From Candidatus Aenigmatarchaeota archaeon (GTDB lineage: Archaea; Aenigmatarchaeota; Aenigmatarchaeia; PWEA01): a DNA stretch of 41,272 bases. Below are positions 18,096 to 27,075 of the stretch, piece after piece (within the stretch, counting starts at the first letter, position 1; every line of letters starts with the position of its first letter). The position numbers were made by a program, and so were the translations under genes. Location of the stretch: assembly GCA_046539325.1 (NCBI GenBank), contig JBKHHD010000008.1, positions 1 through 41,272 on the forward strand. The letters run 5' to 3'. The notes under the pieces were generated by a model. That model was not told the origin of the DNA, made no database searches, and saw nothing but the letters and a program-made list of their open reading frames with translations.

Positions 18096-18854
18096 CTACA
18101 TAAAGTAATCAAGAGCCTCCTCTATGTTTTTTACTTCTACTACTTCGATATCAACCTCTTCGCTTACATTTACCCTCTCCTCCTCGTATTCCGTCCTGCA
18201 TATCTCTATGTTTCTAACGGATCTGCAGCTTTCCTCCCTCGTATATGTTACTTGAACGGACTGGCCTTCGGGAACCAGGAACTTTTCAAATCCTTCGCGG
18301 TCTGCTGCCTCTGCCTTTGGAACTATTCCCCCGACCTTGCCTATCCTCCCGTCCGGCTCAACGGTTCCTGTCATGACAACGTCCTCACGTATCGTACTGT
18401 TTTCAAGTGCCGCCAGTGTAGCTACGGTCAGAGCTCCGCCTGCACTCGGACCACCTATTATAGATGCGTCAAGATCGACGGTGTAAGTTAGATCGTACTC
18501 TTCTTCTGTTTCCAGGTATTCCTTCGCATAGGTGCTGGCTGCACGGATCGAATTCTGAATGTCAACCCAGAAAAAGAGGTTTTCTATATCCACAAGTATC
18601 TTACCCACGCCTGGATCCGCCCTTACCCAGGCCGATGAAACAACTCCTTCATTGTCTTCTGTTGTTCCGACTATCTGCGTCTCAACACCTTCGGGTAGTG
18701 GCTCTACTGTAAGGTTCCATTCTGTAGACTGCCCCCTTGCTTCCTGTCTTCCGATCCTTTCTACAGATAGCTCAGGAAGAACTATCAGGGACGTAAGAGC
18801 ACCGGCTATAAATACGAGCGCTAGAGTTAGCGCAAAGACAGTCTTATTTTCCAT
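18096..18854 (-). CDS. Membrane-anchored Lon-type (S16) serine protease domain protein
   Basis: N-terminal transmembrane segment; GGPSAG, MTG.V..DG.IGKVGG and KAEAA (Ser-Lys dyad); no ATPase domain. Confidence 0.88.
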   Translation of the reverse strand: MENKTVFALTLALVFIAGALTSLIVLPELSVERIGRQEARGQSTEWNLTVEPLPEGVETQIVGTTEDNEGVVSSAWVRADPGVGKILVDIENLFFWVDIQNSIRAASTYAKEYLETEEEYDLTYTVDLDASIIGGPSAGGALTVATLAALENSTIREDVVMTGTVEPDGRIGKVGGIVPKAEAADREGFEKFLVPEGQSVQVTYTREESCRSVRNIEICRTEYEEERVNVSEEVDIEVVEVKNIEEALDYFM

Positions 18855-18868
18855 AGTATCGGAATAGT

Positions 18869-19135
18869 GACAGGGAAGGGCCGGGTCGACAGTCAGACTG
18901 GAGAAGTTTACCTGTCCTCCTCCTCAGTCCTGCGATCCCCCGAACATCCGATCTACAGCTTAGGGCTGCTCCCGTCAGGGCCTGACCCGGTTGACTGCAG
19001 AGCAGATCCCGGAGGACAGGACGTCGACGTTGGAAGACAGGGCTCCCCCAGCCGGACGTGCCTGGCCGGCTTTTCGGTCGCCCTGTAGAGGTTTTGGGCT
19101 AAAGATGACCCCTACCCATCCGACCTATCCCTGTC
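18869..19135 (-). ncRNA. ffs: Signal recognition particle (7S) RNA, 267 nt
   Basis: Terminal helix GACAGGGA/TCCCTGTC; Alu domain with loop-loop complementarity GTAGGGGT/ACCTCTAC; long helix 5; helix-8 SRP54 motif CAGG-CCC-TGAC-GGG-AGCAG. Confidence 0.93.
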
Positions 19136-19157
19136 GAAGTTATTTTTACCCTACAAG

Positions 19158-19163
19158 TTTAAA
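19158..19163 (-). promoter_or_regulatory. TATA box of the SRP RNA gene
   Basis: TTTAAA about 23 nt upstream of the 5' end, preceded by purine-rich GAAAA. Confidence 0.55.
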
Positions 19164-19215
19164 GGGTTTTCGGTATCCGGAAAAGCTAATAAGTTTTTGG
19201 GTACCATATAAGACT

Positions 19216-19422
19216 ATGGTCTCAAAGACAAGGGCAAATCTATTCTGGATTTTAGGAACCATCTTCCTTTTCACAGGGATGAGGTTAGCAGTGGAGGCAG
19301 ACAGGACCATAATAGGAGCTACTGACGCAAGGTATTACGCGGCCCTGATACTTTCCTTCGCATTGATACTTGCAGGAGGCCTTCTCTGGATAGTTGTCGG
19401 CGGAGCCCTGGGCAGTGAATAG
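19216..19422 (+). CDS. Small two-TM membrane protein
   Basis: MVSKTRANLFW...; the upstream part of the tracked ORF is antisense to the SRP RNA. Confidence 0.7.
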   Translation: MVSKTRANLFWILGTIFLFTGMRLAVEADRTIIGATDARYYAALILSFALILAGGLLWIVVGGALGSE

Positions 19423-19437
19423 CAACAATCAAATATT

Positions 19438-19689
19438 TCAGTCTACTTTGAAGACCTCATCTTCTTCACGAACACGTTCCTTGACCTTCATTCCTATGAC
19501 GTCCCCTGGACCAGCTTCCTCCACGTCTTCCCTATCTATCTCCATTGACTTTACTTTCTGTGTGAAGTCGGTTGTCGCGCCCTTGAAGTGGACCTTGTCC
19601 CCTATCTTCAGCTTTCCGCTTAAATCTACTATCCCCACAGATATATCGGTGAAGTAGTGATCAACCTCACCTATCTTTTCTTCTGACAT
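19438..19689 (-). CDS. Small beta-barrel 'translation elongation factor-like' protein (similar to the U32 peptidase C-terminal domain)
   Basis: IGEVDHYF..ISVG, LKIGD.VHFKG.TTDF.Q.V.SMEID and VGMKV-like motifs. Confidence 0.8.
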   Translation of the reverse strand: MSEEKIGEVDHYFTDISVGIVDLSGKLKIGDKVHFKGATTDFTQKVKSMEIDREDVEEAGPGDVIGMKVKERVREEDEVFKVD

Positions 19690-19776
19690 AACAGTAAGAA
19701 TATAGGTTTCGAGAAATATAAATTTCGGACTCCCTGGACCTTTTTAATCCAGAATTCAAAACTCTAGACGGATAAA

Positions 19777-20421
19777 ATGAAGCTTGTCATCAAAATAGGC
19801 GGCTCAATATCTATGAACAAAAACGGCCCGGACCATGCCTACATTTCAAGGTTTCTGGACGTTATAGACGAGTTCAGCGAGGACCATAAAATTTCGATAT
19901 GCGTAGGTGGTGGCGACTTCGTCGGAAGCTATTCAGAAGCCATAGAAAAGTTTGGCCTGGACGACGAGGAGAGGGAACTTTGTTTTATAGAGCTTATGCG
20001 CGCAAACGTCATGTTGCTTTCCATCCTCACCGGAAAGGAGCCGTTGTTCGACCTTTCCAAATACGAAGGCGGAGAGGTTGTAGTTTCTGGCATAGAGCCC
20101 GGTCGGTCGACGGACGCTAATGCTGCGGAGGTAGCTAGAATTATGGATGCGGACCTTTTCGTAAAGCTGACGGATGTCGACGGGATATACGACAAGGATC
20201 CTGCGGAAAACAAGGATGCGGAGCTTATACGAAGCTTCGACTTCGAGGATATTGATACAATCGGTGGAGAGGAAACACCATTGGACTACGGCCCACTGGA
20301 CCCCACGGCCTTGAAGATAATCAAGGAGAACAGGATAGAGACCGTGCTTACCGACGGAAGGGACCTCGAGAACCTGAGGGAGGCCGTGGAAGGTGAAAGG
20401 GTGGGTACGAGGATAGGCTAA
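19777..20421 (+). CDS. pyrH: UMP kinase (archaeal type)
   Basis: KIGGS, VGGG, PGRSTD, TDVDGIYDKDP and LDPTA motifs. Confidence 0.9.
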   Translation: MKLVIKIGGSISMNKNGPDHAYISRFLDVIDEFSEDHKISICVGGGDFVGSYSEAIEKFGLDDEERELCFIELMRANVMLLSILTGKEPLFDLSKYEGGEVVVSGIEPGRSTDANAAEVARIMDADLFVKLTDVDGIYDKDPAENKDAELIRSFDFEDIDTIGGEETPLDYGPLDPTALKIIKENRIETVLTDGRDLENLREAVEGERVGTRIG

Positions 20422-20460
20422 AATCTAATCTATTTAAGTCTCTGAGATTATTTTTTCTGT

Positions 20461-21084
20461 ATGCCTGAGATTATAGGACGTGGAGCAGAAGCCGTTCTGA
20501 AGAAGAAGGAGTTTATGGACAGCTACTGCGTTGTGAAGGAGAGACTGGAGAAAGGTTATCGGGTAAAGGAGCTGGACGAGAAACTCAGGAAGGAAAGGAC
20601 GAAGGAGGAGGCAAAGCTTCTGTCTGGGGCGAGGCGTGTAGGCGTCTCAACACCGCAAGTTTACGAGAAACAGGAGAACTTTCTGAAGATCGGGTTCATA
20701 GACGGAGAGAAGGTGAGGAACCTCTTGCCTGAATACGATGAAGAGAGGAGAAAGGAGGTCGCAGAAGAGATTGGAGAATACGCTGCAAAGCTACACAACC
20801 GAGGGATAGTTCATGGTGACCTTACCACCTCCAACATGATCGTAATGGACGGAGAGCTTTACTTCATAGACTTCGGACTGGGTTATTTTTCAAAAAGTAT
20901 CGAAGACAAGGCCGTCGATCTTTACCTGCTCTGGGAGGTTCTGGACAGTACACACCCAGATTACAGGGATGGTGTCTGGGAAGCTGTTGTTTCGGGCTAC
21001 GAAGATGTTTCAGAGGATTCGGACAGAGTTCTAAAAAGAGTTGATAATATCGCAAAGAGGGGAAGATATGTCTCTGACAGATAA
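20461..21084 (+). CDS. bud32: KEOPS complex kinase Bud32
   Basis: GAEA, K.R..K.YR, HGDLTTSN, IDFGL and EDKAVDL motifs. Confidence 0.95.
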   Translation: MPEIIGRGAEAVLKKKEFMDSYCVVKERLEKGYRVKELDEKLRKERTKEEAKLLSGARRVGVSTPQVYEKQENFLKIGFIDGEKVRNLLPEYDEERRKEVAEEIGEYAAKLHNRGIVHGDLTTSNMIVMDGELYFIDFGLGYFSKSIEDKAVDLYLLWEVLDSTHPDYRDGVWEAVVSGYEDVSEDSDRVLKRVDNIAKRGRYVSDR

Positions 21085-22045
21085 GATATTCGGAAGGGAA
21101 GAGCTTAAGGAAAGGATAAGCTTTCTTGAGGACAAGATCCAGAGCTTGAAAAAGGATAAAAAGGAACTGGAAAGGAAGGCCGAAAAGGAAAGCAAGAGGG
21201 CGAAGGGAGCGGTTTCCGAGAAACAGGAGCTTGACAGGAAAATTAAGAAGAAAGAGGACAAGCTTGCTTCGCTTCAGGACAAGCTGAAGAAAAAAGAGTT
21301 CTTGGAGGACAAAACCTCGCAGGTCAGAGAGAAAAGTTTGGTTGGAAAGGAGAAGATGAGAGGACTTGTCCGTAAGCTTGGTAGCATGGAGAGCTCGAAG
21401 GAGGACATGGTTACTGTATTTTTACCGAAAGGAAGTTCTGTTAACGATATTAATTCACATGGTTTTCTTCAGACAAACCTCACACTAAACCAACTTAGAA
21501 GGCTTAAGGAGGAAAGTTCTGAGACAGGGATGGTTTTGTTCCATGCTGAAAACCTTCTGAACCTTCTGATGAAGCCTCCTGCTCCCGTGGCAAGGGAGGA
21601 CTGGTTTAAGGGGACCGGCTTCGAAACTGAACCTGTCCTTGAGAAGCTTAAGGAGGAAGTTGGTTTCATATTTCTTTCAGCCGGAGGTTCCGCAGTTGCG
21701 TTGTTCTCCGATGAAATACAGGAGTTTCAGATAGTAAAGAGCAAGATTAAAGGTAAACACAAAAAGGGCGGATTTAGTCAGGGAAGGTTTGAGAGAGGAA
21801 GGGAAGAAGAAGTCAAGAAACATGTGGAAAAGGTCGTAAAGGCCTGTGATGATGTTTTGCCGGAAGAAATTGACTGGATAGCCCTCGGTGGGTCTCCAGA
21901 GATGATAAGCGACTTCAAAGAGCGTGAAGTTTTCGAGGACAAGAAGCTTTTTGAGAGAAAGCTGGATGTTTCAAGTATAGAGGATAAGGGAGCTCTAAAA
22001 AGAGCGTTCAACAAGTTCTGGAAGTCCGAGCTCATTCACCTTTGA
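21068..22045 (+). CDS. Archaeal Vms1-like release factor (aVLRF1)
   Basis: N-terminal coiled coil, then KGKHKKGGFSQGRFER. Confidence 0.85.
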   Translation: MSLTDKIFGREELKERISFLEDKIQSLKKDKKELERKAEKESKRAKGAVSEKQELDRKIKKKEDKLASLQDKLKKKEFLEDKTSQVREKSLVGKEKMRGLVRKLGSMESSKEDMVTVFLPKGSSVNDINSHGFLQTNLTLNQLRRLKEESSETGMVLFHAENLLNLLMKPPAPVAREDWFKGTGFETEPVLEKLKEEVGFIFLSAGGSAVALFSDEIQEFQIVKSKIKGKHKKGGFSQGRFERGREEEVKKHVEKVVKACDDVLPEEIDWIALGGSPEMISDFKEREVFEDKKLFERKLDVSSIEDKGALKRAFNKFWKSELIHL

Positions 22046-23283
22046 ACCCTTTTTCTTCTTTTTCGACAGGTATGGAGTTCTTTTTGACTTTATGTTCTAT
22101 GTAAAGAGTTCCGAAGGTCGTTACTATGGAGGTACCGAGAATTACAGAAAATACTATCTCTGGAAATATTTCAGTTCCTGAGATCCCGTATTCCACTGCA
22201 GGAGCTGATGCCAGGACGGCCGCAGCCAGGCCTCTCGGCGACATAAATACCATTATCCACTTCTCCATGCTGTTGAACTCGCTTCTCACGGACACTATCT
22301 GAACAGCTATGTACCTTGTGAAAATTATGACTACGGTGAAAAAAGCACCGTACATGAAGAGCTGAGGATTTTCAAAGGTTATTAGTATGCCTAAAATAAC
22401 GAAGAAGAAGGTCTTTACGAAGAAGGATATCTGCCCCTGAAACTCCTTTGTTTTCTCAGTAAGCCCGAAGTATTTCTTCCCAAGGCCCAGCATATCAGTG
22501 ATTTTCTTCGCGTTTCCGAGAACTAAGCCTACCATAAAGGAAGCAATGGCTCCATGTCCACCCAGAAACTGTGTCGCGGCATAGATGAAGAATAGGAAGG
22601 AAAGCGTAAGCATATAGTGGTAATCCTGTCCCCTTACATGTCTCAAGACGGAAAGCCAGAGTATTCCTGCAACAAATCCGATCACAATCGACACGGAAAA
22701 GGTTGATACTACGCTTGCGAGGCCCTGGTCGGTAAGCGATCCCATCCCCCGCCGGCTACTATTATGTCTATGAGGACAAGCGCGACTATTATACAGAGCG
22801 GATCGGTTATAACTGATTCTATATCAAGAGTTAAGCGCGATTCCTTGCTGAACTCTTCCAGCTCCGAGACGACGGGTATGACTATGGCTGAAGAAACACC
22901 TCCTACAACTGTTCCCAAGAGCAGTGAGTTCAGTACTGTTATTCCCTCAATCGTGAAGAAAGCTATACCGCTTACAGCTGCAGCGGAAAAGGTGAAACCA
23001 AGCACTGCGAGTAAAGTTCCTCTGGGAACCTGGCCTATTACTTTGTCCGCTTTCAAGTTCAGTCCTCCGTCAAACAGTATCATGAGCAGAGCAAGGGCTG
23101 ATATATGTGGCGTTATCTGGAGTATAAGCTCCCTCTGGAATATACCTAAGGCGGGGCCTAGAAGTACACCGAGTAGAAGGAGGAACAGTATGTCAGGTAT
23201 CCTTGTCTTCTGGAATACGTAGCTACCGAGGAAGCCTATACCTACAACGGAGGCTATTATCAAAAAAGTGTGCTTATATCCAT
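22032..23283 (-). pseudogene. CPA1-family cation/H+ antiporter broken by two single-base frameshifts
   Basis: Fragments carry RIPD, ILFDGGL, ESVITD and PRGLAAAVLA. Adding one base at the A6 run (23262..23267) and one at the C5 run (22746..22750) gives a single 417-aa frame from ATG 23283. Confidence 0.75.
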
Positions 23284-23360
23284 CTTCTCATCCCTTCTAA
23301 ACAAAAATATGAGGGAAAATTTAAAAAGGCCGTCGTAAGTATAAAGGTTTAGTGAGCTTT

Positions 23361-23717
23361 ATGGATGATGTGGTTCCTGAAGGTGAAGTTCTGGAGATTG
23401 ATGAGCCCAAGTTTGAGTGTCTTGTATGTGAGGAGATGCTGGAGTTTGAGTTTGACCCAGGGCCTGTAGAACCTGAGAACTCGGAGGAGTTACCTGAGGA
23501 GTTCGAGGAGAATATAGCTACTCCTGAGAACTTCACAGAGGAAGTTGAATCCGATATCGAGGAAAACAGTGAAGAAACAATGAGGATAGACTGCGAGTGC
23601 GGGGCTGAATACCTGGTTAAAAAGATTCCAGGCGTTCCAGGCTTCGAGGTAACGCATTTAGTTGAAAGCGAGCCGGAGCTAGCTGAAAAGGAGTTCGAGC
23701 AGGAGTTCGAAGTCTAA
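23361..23717 (+). CDS. Very acidic protein with CxxC...CxC (possible zinc ribbon)
   Basis: FECLVC...IDCECG separated by an acidic linker. Confidence 0.65.
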   Translation: MDDVVPEGEVLEIDEPKFECLVCEEMLEFEFDPGPVEPENSEELPEEFEENIATPENFTEEVESDIEENSEETMRIDCECGAEYLVKKIPGVPGFEVTHLVESEPELAEKEFEQEFEV

Positions 23718-23750
23718 GCTTTAATAGTGAGCACGTAGCTTACTTTTGCT

Positions 23751-25601
23751 ATGGTTCCAAATCTCTTTCCTTTTGACGAAGTACGTTCAGGTCAGGACGA
23801 GATTATTTCTGACGCCGAGAGCGCTCTAAAGAAAGGGGACAACCTTATAGCCCACGCTCCTTCGGGTCTCGGAAAAACAGCTGCTTCTCTTTCACCAAGC
23901 CTTGACTACGCCTTACGTAACGACAAGACAGTCTTCTTTCTTACACCGAAACATTCACAGCACAAGATGGCAGTTGAGACCGTGGAGAAGATAATGGACA
24001 AACATTCCGTGGATATAACCGTGGCGGACATCATCGGCAAGAGGTGGCTCTGCAGTGCCGAGGGAATAAGAGATATGAGCTCCTCGGACTTCCAGGACTA
24101 CTGTAAAACCTTGAAGGAGGAGGAAAGGTGCAGGTACTACAACAACACGTTTGAAGATATATCCTCTCTTTCGGAAAAGGCAGTAAAGAAGCTTTCAGAG
24201 CTTAAAGGCGAGGCCCTCCTTGCTGAGGACGTCAAGAGGAAGACGAAGAAGTTCTGTACGTATGAGATACTTGTTAACCATGCCAAGCAGTCCGACCTCA
24301 TAATAGGTGACTATTTCCATGTTTTCCATCCAGGCGTTAGACAGGCGTTCATGAACAAAGCGGACAAGGTTCTTGAGGACAGTATTTTGGTGGTCGATGA
24401 AGCCCACAACCTTCCTTCTAGAACACGTAGCCTTCTGTCTAAGAAGCTCAGCACCTACCAGATTTCAAGAGCACAGAAGGAGGCAGGTGAGTTCGGTTAC
24501 CTTGAGGAAAAGAGGATACTTGAGGACTTAGAGGATATACTTGTAGATCTCAGCAGAGGAATGGACGATAACGAAGAGGAGATAACCAAGGAGGATTTGA
24601 TGGATAGGATAAACAAACTGGAGGACTACGATACATTGATAGACAGAATGGAGAGGGTTGCGAGGGACGCTTACGAGGAAAACGATAGGAGCTACTGTTC
24701 TTCGCTCAAGGACTTCCTGGAAGCTTGGAAAGGGAAGGATGAAGGCTTCGTTCGCTTTATAAGGAAGAGAAAGTCGAGGAACGACAACATCTACTACACC
24801 TGTCTTTACGAATGTCTTAACCCGCAGCTCTCAACGAAGGAAGTCTTCGACGAGGTTCATTCTTCAATCCTCATGTCCGCCACCCTTACGCCAATGCGTA
24901 TGTATTCCGACCTTCTTGGTTTAGAGGAAGGCGGTACTTTGAGAAAGGCCTACTCTTCACCCTTTCCTGAGAAAAATAGAACCTACCTTGTGGTAGACTC
25001 CGTAACTACGAAATATAAGGAAAGGAGTAAGGAGGAGTTCGAGAAGATAGCATGGTTTCTGTCGAAAAGCTTAGAGGAGGTTCCCGGCAACGCCTCTGCA
25101 TTTTTCCCTTCCTACAGACTTCGGGACCAGGTAAAGGATAAGATAAATACGGATAAGAGAGTTCTACTGGAAAAGAGAAATATGTCCAAGGAGGACAAGT
25201 CAGAGCTTCTTGACCTCTTCAGAAAGAAGGATAACTGTCTCCTTCTAGGAATTTCAGGAGCCTCCTTTTCTGAAGGTGTGGACTTTCCTGAGAGATCCAT
25301 GGATGCTGTTTTCGTTGTTGGTTTGCCGCTCAAAGAGCCGGACCTGAAGACACGTGCCCTCATAGACTTCTACGAGTACAAGTTCGGCAAAGGATGGGAC
25401 TACGCCTACATATACCCTGCGATGAAGAAGGCGCTTCAGGCCGCGGGGAGGTGTGTCAGGACGAAGAAGGACAGAGGGGCTGTAGTCTTTATGGATAGGA
25501 GGTACACTTGGAACAACTACAGGAAAGTATTTCCTCCTGAAGTTAAGCTAGAAGACACAGATGCGCCCTGGAAAGAACTCGACGAGTTCTTTTCTCAGTA
25601 G
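23751..25601 (+). CDS. XPD/Rad3-family Fe-S DNA helicase
   Basis: APSGLGKT, four Cys of the Fe-S domain, DEAHN, SATL, SEGVD and QAAGRCVR motifs. Confidence 0.93.
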   Translation: MVPNLFPFDEVRSGQDEIISDAESALKKGDNLIAHAPSGLGKTAASLSPSLDYALRNDKTVFFLTPKHSQHKMAVETVEKIMDKHSVDITVADIIGKRWLCSAEGIRDMSSSDFQDYCKTLKEEERCRYYNNTFEDISSLSEKAVKKLSELKGEALLAEDVKRKTKKFCTYEILVNHAKQSDLIIGDYFHVFHPGVRQAFMNKADKVLEDSILVVDEAHNLPSRTRSLLSKKLSTYQISRAQKEAGEFGYLEEKRILEDLEDILVDLSRGMDDNEEEITKEDLMDRINKLEDYDTLIDRMERVARDAYEENDRSYCSSLKDFLEAWKGKDEGFVRFIRKRKSRNDNIYYTCLYECLNPQLSTKEVFDEVHSSILMSATLTPMRMYSDLLGLEEGGTLRKAYSSPFPEKNRTYLVVDSVTTKYKERSKEEFEKIAWFLSKSLEEVPGNASAFFPSYRLRDQVKDKINTDKRVLLEKRNMSKEDKSELLDLFRKKDNCLLLGISGASFSEGVDFPERSMDAVFVVGLPLKEPDLKTRALIDFYEYKFGKGWDYAYIYPAMKKALQAAGRCVRTKKDRGAVVFMDRRYTWNNYRKVFPPEVKLEDTDAPWKELDEFFSQ

Positions 25602-25969
25602 CTGAGAGCTATAATCTTAAGTATCCTGTCCTTGTTGTGTGAGGGATCGAACTTCCAGATTATTCTCGAGTCGGACTCCTCTGTAATCGCTTTCACGAGC
25701 TCAGTCGCCTTCCAGTGAAGCTTCGGATTTCCTTGAACCAGAAGCAGGAGGTTTTCCGTTTCTGTTAAGTTCAGGTTTATGTTTTTCAGTATTTGTTCCT
25801 CATTTACTGTTGGAAAAACTTGCAGATAGCTGCTATCTATCTTCCGTGAAAGCATTTCTTCGATATGCTTTTCGTTGAGACTGAATCCGTTGTTGAGAAA
25901 CTTCCTGAGCTTTTTCTCGACCGCTGAATTGTTTATTTTCTGAAGCAGTTTTTCCTCCATATAGATCAC
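25595..25969 (-). CDS. Hypothetical protein resembling an isolated FtsZ C-terminal domain
   Basis: SD-like GAGGAGTGA around the start; LLLLVQG.P.L...RIIW..DPS....LKIIAL pattern. Confidence 0.55.
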   Translation of the reverse strand: MIYMEEKLLQKINNSAVEKKLRKFLNNGFSLNEKHIEEMLSRKIDSSYLQVFPTVNEEQILKNINLNLTETENLLLLVQGNPKLHWKATELVKAITEESDSRIIWKFDPSHNKDRILKIIALSY

Positions 25970-26072
25970 TCCTCACATTATTGCGAGTAGCCAAAAAATT
26001 AGAAGTCCTTGTTAAAAAGCTTTACGGCTTCCTAACAAATAAATACCTTGACAAGCATTCTTTTATGGTAAG

Positions 26073-27074
26073 ATGATCAAGGCTTCAGCTCCAGGAAACA
26101 TTTTCCTTCTAGGCGAACATTCCGTAGTTTACGAGAGACCTGCCTTGCTTGCATCCTTGGACAGAAGAACATATGTTTCTGGCGAGAAGAGGAATGATGA
26201 AAAGGTTGTTGTAGATTCAAAGGACTATGGAAAGATAGAGTCGGATATAGAGAGCCTTGGTAAAAGGATGTACGAGTCCCAGGGCAGCTATACGGATGAG
26301 ATGGATCCTCTTAGGCATATAATAAGCTACTTCCACAAGGTCGTGAACGACCTCGACCGTGGCTTTGAAGCAGAGATAAAGTCGGAGATACCCAAGGATT
26401 CAGGTGGCCAGAGCAGCTCTACAGCAGTACTTACCTCATTTTTCTACTTTCTAAACGAGCTTTACGGTGGTGGTGTTGTTAAGGGCGACTATTTCACGCA
26501 CCTCTATCCTTTCCAGGTTAAGATCCACGGCGGGGCAGCTTCAGGTTCGGAGTTCGCGTCCAGCATCTTCGGAGGTTACAACAGAGTTGTGAAGACGCCC
26601 GACGGTGAAAGGCCTGTGGAGTTTGAAAACCTAGGCAGCCTGGAGCTTGATCTTGTTATAGGTGACACTGGAATAGTGGCCAAGACCGACGAGACGGTGA
26701 GTAAGGTCAGAAAAAACTGGCAGGACAACAAGAAAATGTATGAGTCATATTTCAACAGCATAGCCCATCTGGTCGGAAGGGCCGAGAAAGCTATTGAGGA
26801 AGAAAATTTAGAGGAACTTGGCTACCTTATGGATGAAAACCAGAGGATTCTTTCTAAGCAGCTGGAGGTCTCACATCCAAAGCTGGAGGAACTTATTGGG
26901 GCAGCGAGAAAAGCTGGAGCCTACGGTGCCAAGCTTTCCGGTGGTGGTGGAGGAGGAATTATGGTTGCTCTATGCGACGAAAGTAATAAAAAGGACATAA
27001 GGAAAGTAATAGAGGAAAACGGCGGGGAGGCTTGTGTTACAGAGGTAGGAGTTCAAGGAGTTATGAGGGAATGA
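26073..27074 (+). CDS. mvk: Mevalonate kinase (GHMP family)
   Basis: APG.I.LLGEHSVVY, IHG..SG, GAKLSGGGGGG motifs; sits at the head of the mevalonate cluster. Confidence 0.85.
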   Translation: MIKASAPGNIFLLGEHSVVYERPALLASLDRRTYVSGEKRNDEKVVVDSKDYGKIESDIESLGKRMYESQGSYTDEMDPLRHIISYFHKVVNDLDRGFEAEIKSEIPKDSGGQSSSTAVLTSFFYFLNELYGGGVVKGDYFTHLYPFQVKIHGGAASGSEFASSIFGGYNRVVKTPDGERPVEFENLGSLELDLVIGDTGIVAKTDETVSKVRKNWQDNKKMYESYFNSIAHLVGRAEKAIEEENLEELGYLMDENQRILSKQLEVSHPKLEELIGAARKAGAYGAKLSGGGGGGIMVALCDESNKKDIRKVIEENGGEACVTEVGVQGVMRE

Positions 27075-27075
27075 A

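Noticed and set aside
18855-19150. Permuted or BHB-circularised SRP RNA
   Set aside because: Domains are in normal order and the flanks form no BHB.
18867-19215. ORF 18867..19088 and the N-terminal part of 18991..19422
   Set aside because: Antisense to the SRP RNA; only the part from 19216 looks coding.
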